Below, piece after piece: positions 45,201-53,607 of a stretch of 57,883 nucleotides of DNA (positions are counted from its first letter, which is position 1; each line of letters opens with the position of its first letter). Below the pieces are notes generated by a model. That model did no database searches, was not told the origin of the DNA, and was given only the letters and a program-made list of their open reading frames with translations. The translations under genes were made by a program, and so were the position numbers. This stretch comes from a virus (Duplodnaviria > Caudoviricetes), in the IMG/VR virus record IMGVR_UViG_3300028025_002279, positions 1 through 57,883 of that record, one strand, 5' to 3'.

Positions 45201-45677
45201 AGCTTCAGCTTCTTTTATATTCAACTTCATTGGAGGATTATTCCTGTCTGTCCAGTGAAGTATATCCCCATCTGTTTCTGTTCTATATAAAACATTTATA
45301 GATGCTATTGGATAATCTGGGCTGAAACTAAATAGAGGTTCAGTAGACAAAGAATCTATTTTAGACATCAGCAAAGTGCTTATAGTTTTAGTTATTGTAC
45401 TATAAACAAATATTGCATCAAATCCATTAGAATTATATACGAAGTAAAACAAACGTTGCTTCAACTCATCATAGTAAGAACCAATACATACATTATTTCC
45501 AGCCTGAAGTCCTACATTTGTAATAGCTTGATTTCCCGGAATACTCTCAGCAGACATCTCTCCCGGATTACCCTTAAATAAAACATTAAAGGCTTCCCTA
45601 TGGTGAGTTGACGGCATGCCCTCATTTGGGTCATCCAAATTCATAACTCCTGAAAACAATTTTCTTTCAATCTTCAT
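42219..45677 (-). CDS. tail nozzle/stabilisation protein (P22 gp10 / crAss muzzle-like)
   Basis: G.MN.D, W.D..N.P.K.N, YQF.YRW.Y.D...S.FSP, YFTD..RG..RLS.DG.T.I, SFY.F.PE. Confidence 0.75.
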   Translation of the reverse strand: MKIERKLFSGVMNLDDPNEGMPSTHHREAFNVLFKGNPGEMSAESIPGNQAITNVGLQAGNNVCIGSYYDELKQRLFYFVYNSNGFDAIFVYSTITKTISTLLMSKIDSLSTEPLFSFSPDYPIASINVLYRTETDGDILHWTDRNNPPMKLNIKEAEAVNKTYNGNWKKKYLTVARPMPLLSPICKYEDDISTNINNLRSKLYQFRYRWVYKDNTKSTFSPWSRLFAPADVDAIANEISNTKNNRISIKYQTGDADVKSIEIVARESIDNVFSDSFLVKTIIKNGIPDNSEYEYKFYNTEAYPSIDVAESSQLFDYVPIKANTQELLNGNTLIYGGITEGRTSSITPSVTQSLSLVANTNTTNNLTMASYNRYTFSYYPVYNATNGNHYIIFNGTPNVGDSYTFSLSFRRDIGAGIESVTVTISIPTLTAGQNNLASLETILVSQLTSNVTLQNYGLASSVFALQLVEPGEFNGKRGVKIGFNSVNKAWILDSYNFVYTYAGGGTLPADPTGVNTACYKHKSRYSFGICYFDENGVTNGVTTSDSMSVITPEISSSDLSGTQLTIPLIEFSVSHQAPSWAKYFSFVRTTNLTVSEFKTIVTSDTYKDAASVYAYLDITDYQNNKSGYSPYGFTKGDRVRIIGLKNGTATVSDYPVYSIVNSNDITTSAPPPRDRTWLKIPYDSLTMTNFGTVGYKIYYIEVYSPTINSNEETQVFYEFGETYSVINDGVNRYHSSSVQSQTSTLPAIFKFFRGDIYSRLREGQWILDKSMSDKYNSKFDGNGRPLVVDEYAKEEYYPTLVRYSLDYQSGTNINLTNRFYAANFDEYDREKGDIQRLKIRGRQLRVFQNRACGVVPVLQNVVQTVDGNGVLSQSAEIINKIQYYLGDYGIGGQFCSLASSAQADYFTDPVRGCQVRLSADGLTPITELYKAHFFLTPLIVKYNKTRNNITGQGKAKILGVYDQFNEEFVTCMQESAAGDDKSQPYTFGFNEFRNAYTSFYSFSPEWMTTAENVVISWKNGILYTHDNTTNYCNFYGVQYKPSLTLLLNQFPQIKKRYNTLTMLANKVWAPATAGDITTNLSQTSSLQPSDFIFKDDKIHVAFKRDAASTGGLYNGNVLKGNWLRIKLSPVNGNEFVNLYYIESSILEPFYNR

Positions 45678-45678
45678 C

Positions 45679-46449
45679 TTATGCTTTTGCTACGAGTTTT
45701 TGACCCATCCTGATAACTTCATTGGCATCCCAAGGAGTTACAGGGTTTACTCTAAGTCTTGCCAACCTTTTCTGGTTGTAAAATTCTTTTCTTCTAAGCT
45801 GTTTCTCGCCCATATTCACTCTACGTCCAGATGGCAACATTTCAATGTCCTTCCAAGCAATATATGATAAAACAGCTTCTCTAACTTGAATAGGAATCTT
45901 ATAGTCTACATCATCTGCCGGAGATGATAAGTATTCCATAACAACATAAGTGTATGGAAAATTATTATCTAGATAAAGAATTCCTTCATCTTCAGATATA
46001 TCAAACTCTCCAGCAGCATTTAATATTGCTCCAGCACCAAATATGTTTACATATCTAGCACCATCAAAGTAATTAACAAACGCCAAATCTTGTAACCTAT
46101 AAGAATTAGTTTCTGTATTATCCGTGTTATTAGATAGCCTATCATTTTGGTCAATCTTATATGCAGTAAGATTAGGATTACGTCTAAGAGTAGAAACCTC
46201 ACCATCCGAATTAAATACACCAACTTTTGAAAACCCAACATAATCAGATGGAAGATTTACAGTTTTATTTGCGTTTACTAATAGTTTTACTGTTTTAGGA
46301 GTTGCGTGGACATCCATTCCAACTTCCTCTACACCTCTAACACCAATAGTCCAGAGTCTTCTAAATTCTGCTGTAGTAAGCTTGGCTTGGTCAATATATT
46401 GATATATAACCTCAGCAAGACCTAGCCATTGTGCGGTATCCATTGCCAT
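45679..46449 (-). CDS. tail ring/adaptor protein
   Basis: LP.DYV...KV, EY.S, EA...YI pattern; synteny. Confidence 0.65.
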   Translation of the reverse strand: MAMDTAQWLGLAEVIYQYIDQAKLTTAEFRRLWTIGVRGVEEVGMDVHATPKTVKLLVNANKTVNLPSDYVGFSKVGVFNSDGEVSTLRRNPNLTAYKIDQNDRLSNNTDNTETNSYRLQDLAFVNYFDGARYVNIFGAGAILNAAGEFDISEDEGILYLDNNFPYTYVVMEYLSSPADDVDYKIPIQVREAVLSYIAWKDIEMLPSGRRVNMGEKQLRRKEFYNQKRLARLRVNPVTPWDANEVIRMGQKLVAKA

Positions 46450-46454
46450 ATTAT

Positions 46455-47078
46455 TTATTTAGTATCGAGGCCATCAGAAGTAGTATCTTCAGGCATCTGT
46501 TTTCTAATTCTTAATTGATTCATTATCCAGTTAATCATATCAGATATAAACTCAGGTGGAACATTAAGTTCTGCAGTTTTATCTGAATTTTCAGCTGTTA
46601 CCATTCTCACAATAGCAAATTTTCCAACTAGGTTTACATAGCTTTTAAACCAAAGCTTATTACCTTCTGCCCAATAAAATATTTTACTAGGAGGAGTTTT
46701 AACCTGTTGAATGTAATCTAACTCACGAGGGGAGATAGGAATTGGGGCTTTTGCAAGACCTGTGTTTACGGGAAATGTAACCGTAGATATCCCATATCCT
46801 CTCGAAAGACCCAATGGTGGGTGGGGTAACGTAGTAGAGTAATATCCAGTATCGTTATCTTTAACAATAGCCAAATTCTTAAATGTAGAATAGAATGCAT
46901 CACCAATGCTTTCTATATCGTCTATTTTTATAGAGTCTGTATAGTTTACCTTAGCAAAGTATGCTATAGCTTGATTAATGTATTGATTTACCTCATTCTC
47001 AGTAAGATTTGCATCGTCACTAGGAATTCCACCATAGTACATTCTTCTTATCTGCTCTATGAGTACCTTCCTTGTCAT
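46455..47078 (-). CDS. tail ring/adaptor protein
   Basis: 207 aa; synteny. Confidence 0.6.
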   Translation of the reverse strand: MTRKVLIEQIRRMYYGGIPSDDANLTENEVNQYINQAIAYFAKVNYTDSIKIDDIESIGDAFYSTFKNLAIVKDNDTGYYSTTLPHPPLGLSRGYGISTVTFPVNTGLAKAPIPISPRELDYIQQVKTPPSKIFYWAEGNKLWFKSYVNLVGKFAIVRMVTAENSDKTAELNVPPEFISDMINWIMNQLRIRKQMPEDTTSDGLDTK

Positions 47079-47743
47079 AATCCATCATTTTTTATGAATT
47101 GTGAAGCTCTTACGAGGTCACCATCTTTCAAGTTAATTCCAATGATTCCAATTGCCCTATATATAATCTCGTATAAGTCAGATTCTGCCCACTCAATGTC
47201 TGCGTTAGCAGCAGGAAGGCTATTAGCAGCATCATATACTAACGCTCCAGTATAAGCCCACTTAAGCTCAGAAGGGTTCCTAATGTAGCTTAATTTTGCT
47301 GTAGTTAGTGTACTTGGATAAAACTTATAGTTAGCACCAATTTCATAGTATATTGGCTCTGTACTTGATGGAGCATCAATAGCATTTCCAACAAAAGAAG
47401 ATATTTTATCTTCTGAAACATATCTAACAGCATAGTCATCGTCAACAGTTCTTATAGCAACTGTCTTATACAGATTAGCTGGCTTAGAAGCTGTTTGTGA
47501 TGTTATAGTGAGAGTAGACTCTATTAAAAAACCTGATAATGTATCAGCTATAATTGCTGATGTTGACATACCTACTGGATTCTTTGGGTTTCTATTAGGA
47601 CCACCTGTATCATCAGTCAAAAAAGACAGATATTGGTTTTGAGCCATATTGATAACCATGTTGAAGTCGTCGGGAGACAGATACGTCCCCTGATACTTGT
47701 CTACTAGGTAAGAGACAATTTTATATACCTTATCTATAGTCAT
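47075..47743 (-). CDS. head-tail connector/ring protein
   Basis: K.Q.GY.SP.DFN....AQ-like, Y.R.P...W.Y; start moved to ATG 47743 after TATATTTG. Confidence 0.7.
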   Translation of the reverse strand: MTIDKVYKIVSYLVDKYQGTYLSPDDFNMVINMAQNQYLSFLTDDTGGPNRNPKNPVGMSTSAIIADTLSGFLIESTLTITSQTASKPANLYKTVAIRTVDDDYAVRYVSEDKISSFVGNAIDAPSSTEPIYYEIGANYKFYPSTLTTAKLSYIRNPSELKWAYTGALVYDAANSLPAANADIEWAESDLYEIIYRAIGIIGINLKDGDLVRASQFIKNDGL

Positions 47744-47757
47744 AGTGCAAATATAAA

Positions 47758-47790
47758 CAAAAATCCCTCTGCCAAGAATGGCAAAGGGAA
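47758..47790 (-). terminator. intrinsic terminator
   Basis: TCCCTTTGCCA/TGGCAGAGGGA stem followed by TTTTT. Confidence 0.8.
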
Positions 47791-47824
47791 TAACCAATCA
47801 AACCATATGAAACACGAAGCTATG

Positions 47825-48730
47825 TTAGTCAGCCATACTTTTTAGCTGCATATAAAATTCTTTACCTTTCTCTGTTAAACACAACTCAGCCAAATGTTTG
47901 ACCGCATCTTCATTGTCTGGTATTTGGGAAATAAACTTCTTTGTATCTCCCCAGATTGCCTGACCTTTGCTTGTGCTTAAATCAATTAAGTTTAAGGCAA
48001 TTGCTTTCTTAATTACATATTGGACTTTAACAAGTGGGTTATTATAAGTATTTATAAAAGTATCAGGGTAGCTTTCAGCATAACTCAAATAGTCTACCCT
48101 AATTGCCTTTTCACCCCTGTTCTCACCAAACTGATTTTTCTGTCTAACTCCTAAAAACTCAGCATGTGGATACATTATCTCAACAGGAGCATCCATTGCT
48201 AGTTTCATTGCAGACATTCTAACTTCCGCCTTATTGATAGCCTGCTCTTCCTGTTCTTCAAAATTTACTATCGTATATACTGGCAAAACATGCTCCATTC
48301 TGTTCTTCTTCTTATTATACATATTACTGCTAGTAAGAAATTTAACTAATGATGTTTTGTTAGCAGGTACTCTAAGGATACCATTTACAAACCTAATCTG
48401 AGGCATAGAGTTCTTTTTATTATCAGAAAGATGCTCTTGCTCATCAACAAAAATAGTATTTACACCCTCTAGGTATCTTATATTTCTTTCTGTCTTGGTT
48501 TCTTCATCAAAGATGATGTCCGTATTTCTTAAAAAGTAATTTTCTGGATATGGACTTTTTCCGGGACTTGCGTAGTATACTTTATTCACTAGTTGAAATA
48601 TGTATTCTGTTGGCTCTCTCTTCTTAGGTGATTCTATTACTACGTTAGGGAATTCTGAAACTTCTACATTAGATACAACATCTACTATGTTGCCATTTTC
48701 GTCTAAAGTCTTCTTGTTTTGCTTTGCCAT
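47825..48730 (-). CDS. capsid-adjacent structural/assembly protein
   Basis: R.IRY....TIFVDEQ, I.F.NG.L.V; follows the major capsid gene. Confidence 0.65.
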   Translation of the reverse strand: MAKQNKKTLDENGNIVDVVSNVEVSEFPNVVIESPKKREPTEYIFQLVNKVYYASPGKSPYPENYFLRNTDIIFDEETKTERNIRYLEGVNTIFVDEQEHLSDNKKNSMPQIRFVNGILRVPANKTSLVKFLTSSNMYNKKKNRMEHVLPVYTIVNFEEQEEQAINKAEVRMSAMKLAMDAPVEIMYPHAEFLGVRQKNQFGENRGEKAIRVDYLSYAESYPDTFINTYNNPLVKVQYVIKKAIALNLIDLSTSKGQAIWGDTKKFISQIPDNEDAVKHLAELCLTEKGKEFYMQLKSMAD

Positions 48731-48761
48731 GGTTTTATTTTTTGGTTAACGCAAAGATAGT

Positions 48762-48791
48762 AAAAAGCCCCGAACAAAATGTTCAGGGCTA
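48762..48791 (-). terminator. intrinsic terminator after the major capsid gene
   Basis: AGCCCTGAACA/TGTTCGGGGCT stem followed by TTTT; abuts TATCTTTG 48752-59. Confidence 0.85.
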
Positions 48792-48822
48792 ATTACTGTT
48801 ATTAGATAATTTAATCCAATAA

Positions 48823-50142
48823 TTATCTTACAGTGATGTACTGGTTTGCACCAAATACTTGGATACCACAGTAAGACATATGATGGACATTCAATTCCAT
48901 TTTATCGCTGGTTGGAACCTTAGCAAGAGCACCAGTTTCCCAAACCTTGATTTCTTTACCCGGCTCAACTTCATTGTAAACAATACGAAGTGAAGGGATT
49001 TTATCGCCACTCTGTGCATCACGACCATCTTTCATAGGAATCAAAAGACCACTATTCTTATAGTACTCAGATGCAGGAGCAACTCCATAAACAGCTTCTG
49101 CGTTGAATGGAAGGTACTTCTTAAGATGGAAAGTAATACCATCAATCTTGATAGAATCAAAACCATACTTAATAGCTACTTCAGATGAACCACCAACAGA
49201 TGCCCACTGAATAGCACCAGCTGTATAAGCTGCAAACAATCCATCATCAACATAAGAACGCATGTAAGAATCCATCAAGAAATGGTATTCTTGAGCACCA
49301 CCGTTGAAATCAGCAAGACGAGCAAGAGCGTGGAAATGGGTAATACCAAAGTTTGACGCTTGGTCCCATGCGCTATACACTTGACCACTAGCTTCAACTT
49401 GAGGGATAAGACCTGTAGAACCTGTAGCTCCTTGTGGCTTACCGAACATCAACTTGAATTCTTTGTTGTTCATGAAACGACGAACAGACTCATCCAAACC
49501 TTTATAGGTGTAGTAAGGTGAACCGTTTACTTCGAACCACAATTCTTCAATTTTAGCTCTATCACTGATAGTAAAATCTTCACGAATCTCAGTTGTGTAG
49601 AACAACTTCTCTTCAGTAAGTTCTGCGATAGTGTCAAACTTAGTAGATGCTTCACCAGCTTCTGCAATACCTCTAAATACTAAGAAGTCATTTGCAAGCA
49701 ATGTAGCATTGATAAGCTCTGTGCTATCAAATGGAGTCATTACGAAAATGTTCGGATAGGTAGAGATGCTAGTAACCTTGTACTGCTTACCATTCTTTGC
49801 ATTCTCAAGAACCTCACCTACACGGATTGGACTTCTAGAGCTAGAAATAGAAGAAGCATCAATTGTTACAGTAGCTGTAGCTCCAGCTGAAGCACCACCT
49901 GTGAAAGAAGCAACCTTCACGTTATCATGAAGCTTACCACGAGATTCGAAGTGACCGAATTTTCTTGAAGGAACTGTAGCCTTCATACCCAATGCTTCAA
50001 GCAATTGAGCGTAGTTTTGTGCACCGTACTTATCAACGAATTGGTTGTAGTACTGAGGCTTAAGGATAGATAAGTCAGAAACAAACTGGCGTTGTACGCC
50101 TGCGTTGTTTGTTGAAACACCACCCGGTTGTAATACTGGCAT
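48823..50142 (-). CDS. major capsid protein
   Basis: 439 aa after portal and scaffold; E..LMFG, GL..Q, YGF.S...G.TF.K; strong terminator. Confidence 0.85.
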   Translation of the reverse strand: MPVLQPGGVSTNNAGVQRQFVSDLSILKPQYYNQFVDKYGAQNYAQLLEALGMKATVPSRKFGHFESRGKLHDNVKVASFTGGASAGATATVTIDASSISSSRSPIRVGEVLENAKNGKQYKVTSISTYPNIFVMTPFDSTELINATLLANDFLVFRGIAEAGEASTKFDTIAELTEEKLFYTTEIREDFTISDRAKIEELWFEVNGSPYYTYKGLDESVRRFMNNKEFKLMFGKPQGATGSTGLIPQVEASGQVYSAWDQASNFGITHFHALARLADFNGGAQEYHFLMDSYMRSYVDDGLFAAYTAGAIQWASVGGSSEVAIKYGFDSIKIDGITFHLKKYLPFNAEAVYGVAPASEYYKNSGLLIPMKDGRDAQSGDKIPSLRIVYNEVEPGKEIKVWETGALAKVPTSDKMELNVHHMSYCGIQVFGANQYITVR

Positions 50143-50168
50143 AGTAATTTATTTTATTTTGTTAAAAT

Positions 50169-51242
50169 TTAAAGTCTAAACATTGTACTTACCATTTCAT
50201 CATAGTCATTTGTGTTTGCAGCACTTGAAGACCTTGGCTGATTACTATAGTCTATATTCTTCATACTCTTAAGGATATCAGCTTTCGCTTTAGACACAGC
50301 CTGTGTCACCATTGACGAAAGAATCTTATCCCTATTCTGTAAAAAGTATACATCCTCAGCCAACTGTTTAGTATCGTATCTTCCATCCTTGAAGTAACGA
50401 TTACCATAGAACGTCTCAAGGTCGAAACTTTTCAGCACGCCTTGAAGGCCAGCCTTGTCTTCTTGTGTGATGTTATATTTACCGTCAAATTGGACATCCT
50501 CGTCCTTATAATTGACTGCAAATCCATCAAAGTTTCTAAGTCCATCATCAATGCTCGATTCGAACACCTTTCTGGACTCTTCATAGGCTAACCTTTGTTC
50601 TTCTTGTTGTCTTGTCAGATACTTGTTTATAGCATCTTGCGATGGTTCTGCACTTTGCATCTGACTAAGAATATCTGGAAAATCAATGTCCTGTCTTAGT
50701 TCTTGGAGATTTTCTTTAGCTTGACTAACCATCTTCTTCATTTCTCTCTGAATAGCCTTAGTCTGCTTCTCCAATTGTTTTCTTTTGCTGACGATTTCTT
50801 CTTCTGTTAAGAGGTCTTCATCAAAGTCTTTCTCTACAGTAAACTTTAATTGAAACTCTTCCTCAATTTCTTCAGGAGTTAACTCTGGATATTCATAAGC
50901 CATTTGTAGCTTAATAACATCCTCGTCACTCATATCGTCAAGACTTGAAAGAACTTTTTGTTCATAAAGCATATCAGCTAAATCTGATATATCTTTATTT
51001 ACAAGCTTGTCATAGATAGTTTTTGAGAAGTCATCCTTCCATTCGTAGGATACTGGCTCATTAACTGCTACTTCTTCTGTTTTTGGTGTAGCTTCTACAG
51101 CAGGTTCTACATTTGTAGGCTCTGACTGTGCTACTGTGCTTTCTTCTACTACTGCCTCTGTTTGTACTGGCTCAGACTGAATAGGTTCTGAGTTTTCTTT
51201 TACATAGGAGTTCGAATCAAATGGATTGAATGTTTCTGACAT
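50169..51242 (-). CDS. capsid scaffolding-like protein
   Basis: very acidic, helical, between portal and major capsid; TATCTTTG at 51258-65. Confidence 0.7.
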   Translation of the reverse strand: MSETFNPFDSNSYVKENSEPIQSEPVQTEAVVEESTVAQSEPTNVEPAVEATPKTEEVAVNEPVSYEWKDDFSKTIYDKLVNKDISDLADMLYEQKVLSSLDDMSDEDVIKLQMAYEYPELTPEEIEEEFQLKFTVEKDFDEDLLTEEEIVSKRKQLEKQTKAIQREMKKMVSQAKENLQELRQDIDFPDILSQMQSAEPSQDAINKYLTRQQEEQRLAYEESRKVFESSIDDGLRNFDGFAVNYKDEDVQFDGKYNITQEDKAGLQGVLKSFDLETFYGNRYFKDGRYDTKQLAEDVYFLQNRDKILSSMVTQAVSKAKADILKSMKNIDYSNQPRSSSAANTNDYDEMVSTMFRL

Positions 51243-51269
51243 GGTTGATTATTTTTACAAAGATATAAA

Positions 51270-53576
51270 TTATTGTTGCATTTCTTCAATATCACCTTCT
51301 TCTGCCATCTGCTCATCTTCCATTTGCTGCATAGCCTGTTGTTGCATTATCTGCATTTGTTCAGCTTGCTTCTTCTGGAAATAGGCATCAACAACAGCTT
51401 GTAGTTCTGGACTGAGTGGTTTACCTAACTCATAAGATTTCATTAATATATCTTGTACAAATTGTTGTTCAGATAAATCCTGTTTCATCTTCATCTCTGT
51501 CTGAGTAACAGCTAATTTACCTTGTGCCTGCATTTGTTCAAGCTGCATATCTGATTGCGCCTTAACCTGAATAGATTGTTGCTGCACTTGTGCATTCATT
51601 TGAGAGTTAGCTTGTGCTTTCTCCATATCCTCTTTAGCCTTCCTTTTCTTTGCCTTAGCTAAATACATCTCAGCGAGTTTAGTGTTTTTTATGCTTCTAA
51701 CCCTAAACGCATCCTCAAAATCTATAACACCAGCAGAAAGTGCTGTCTGAATCATAGCTTCAATAAATTGTCTCTCCTTATCATCTGGAAGTATATTTAT
51801 TTTAACATCAAATACCTTACCATCTATATCTTGAGGATTTAAATATTCTCTATATTGCTGTCCTCCATATAATACTGAGTCATAAAGTAACATAGAAATC
51901 TTAAGTGCTGTCTGCTGATAGATAGATAAGAATGAATCATATATAAAATCAGTAGCATTGTTAGATGCTGCTATCTGCTGCTGTTGAACGCCAAGTCCAA
52001 GCTTTGGATTTACAGAAGCACCTTCTCTATATTCATTTACACCAATCTCATCACGTAATCTGTCTAAGTAGTGGTTATAAACCAAGATAAGCTCTTGAAT
52101 CTGTCCAACACTAGAACTATTAGGAGCTTCAGAAATTGGTAGTCCATTTTGCTGGTCTCCATCCTCTGTTCTCCTTCTATAATATATATTACCAGTTTGG
52201 TCGTATATCTTTTGAATTTCTAGTGGGCTTATATTTTTACCTTGACCAAGACTAATATCAGACAATGAGTCGATATCTATAATCAGACCAGAAGGTCTAA
52301 GTTTAGCTATAAGCTGTTGAATCTTAAGGTGAGCCAAAGTCATCTGCCTTATAGAAGTCTCCATCCTTTCAGGTAGAGCCATGTTTATAAGGTCAAGATT
52401 CTCATACATATATAGAGAATAACTGAAGTGTACCTCAGACATTTCTTTAGCCGTATTAGGCTTAATCATGTTCTTAAGTATACCCCACTCCAACATTAAA
52501 TCAGTACCCATAACATATACGCCTCTATAAATTACGTACATGTCTTTCTTGATTACTTCTTTATTATCGCCAAGTCTTTGAGGTTCTTTCTCCTTTCTTT
52601 CTACTATAAGGTTTCCAAACTTATTAATCTTTGCTTGGTAAATCATTGTATCTATACTCTTAATCTCAAAGTCTATAACATCAACAGTCCAATCATCATA
52701 TGGCCTGTCTAAAGAGAATCTATATCTTTCGTCCCACTTAACAGTCTGATTGAACTGTTTAGACTTCTTGGCAATCTCGAACATTTTAGCTTCATCGAGA
52801 TTTGGGTAGTTATTTCTGATGTCGATAATCTTCATAGATACAACCTCACCAAGAAAAGAAACATCCCTAAAATCATCATATTCCGAGAAAGAATAAATGA
52901 GGTTTTCTGGTACTACTCTTCTGATATTTATCTTCCCATTCTGTGCTACGCTTACCTTAGTTGCTGCAACACCAGTCTCAATTAAGTCTTCTATAATTTT
53001 TCTTTTAATTACCTCCCAACCATTCATATGGCTAACGTAATCTATACCTTTTTCAAAAAGTATCTCCTCTGGTAATTGATATTCCATACCAAAATACAGT
53101 TCTAGCTCTTCATAATCTTCTGGAGTAAATTTACCTTCTGCCATTAATTTAACACCAGTCTGTTCTTCTATTTGTCTAACTTGGTCACCAAAATTCATCC
53201 TAAACTCAGCCTCATCTTTATCATATCTCTTCCTCTTTGTTGATATAGGGTCTACAGCAGTTGCTTTTGCAACCTCGCTTCTCTTCATAAATCCACCTAT
53301 AATTACCTGCATAAACTTAGGTGCAATAGCTGGAGCTTTCATATCTAGGTTTACAAAAGCCTCTTTTCCGTCTACATTTAATAGGTCTAAGAATTCTGAC
53401 ATAGGCTGTCTACCTCTGGCAAACATCCTGTTCTTTTCGAACTTCTTATTCCTTCTGTTAAAGTATCCGCTATTGAATGCTCTCTCAATAAATCTAGATA
53501 TCTTTAGTCCCTCCTTATCTTCCTTCTTCAACCTTGAGTTGGAGAGGTGGAAGTTTAGTATATTTTTATTTTCCAT
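51270..53576 (-). CDS. portal protein
   Basis: 768 aa after terminase; R.FARG.Q, I.PKF, TG..YYR, IRD..G.NE.R-like, Q-rich C-terminus. Confidence 0.85.
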   Translation of the reverse strand: MENKNILNFHLSNSRLKKEDKEGLKISRFIERAFNSGYFNRRNKKFEKNRMFARGRQPMSEFLDLLNVDGKEAFVNLDMKAPAIAPKFMQVIIGGFMKRSEVAKATAVDPISTKRKRYDKDEAEFRMNFGDQVRQIEEQTGVKLMAEGKFTPEDYEELELYFGMEYQLPEEILFEKGIDYVSHMNGWEVIKRKIIEDLIETGVAATKVSVAQNGKINIRRVVPENLIYSFSEYDDFRDVSFLGEVVSMKIIDIRNNYPNLDEAKMFEIAKKSKQFNQTVKWDERYRFSLDRPYDDWTVDVIDFEIKSIDTMIYQAKINKFGNLIVERKEKEPQRLGDNKEVIKKDMYVIYRGVYVMGTDLMLEWGILKNMIKPNTAKEMSEVHFSYSLYMYENLDLINMALPERMETSIRQMTLAHLKIQQLIAKLRPSGLIIDIDSLSDISLGQGKNISPLEIQKIYDQTGNIYYRRRTEDGDQQNGLPISEAPNSSSVGQIQELILVYNHYLDRLRDEIGVNEYREGASVNPKLGLGVQQQQIAASNNATDFIYDSFLSIYQQTALKISMLLYDSVLYGGQQYREYLNPQDIDGKVFDVKINILPDDKERQFIEAMIQTALSAGVIDFEDAFRVRSIKNTKLAEMYLAKAKKRKAKEDMEKAQANSQMNAQVQQQSIQVKAQSDMQLEQMQAQGKLAVTQTEMKMKQDLSEQQFVQDILMKSYELGKPLSPELQAVVDAYFQKKQAEQMQIMQQQAMQQMEDEQMAEEGDIEEMQQ

Positions 53577-53584
53577 AATTATAG

Positions 53585-53592
53585 CAAAAGTA
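53585..53592 (-). promoter_or_regulatory. -7 promoter element
   Basis: TACTTTTG 8 nt before the portal ATG. Confidence 0.6.
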
Positions 53593-53607
53593 CAAAAACT
53601 TAATATG

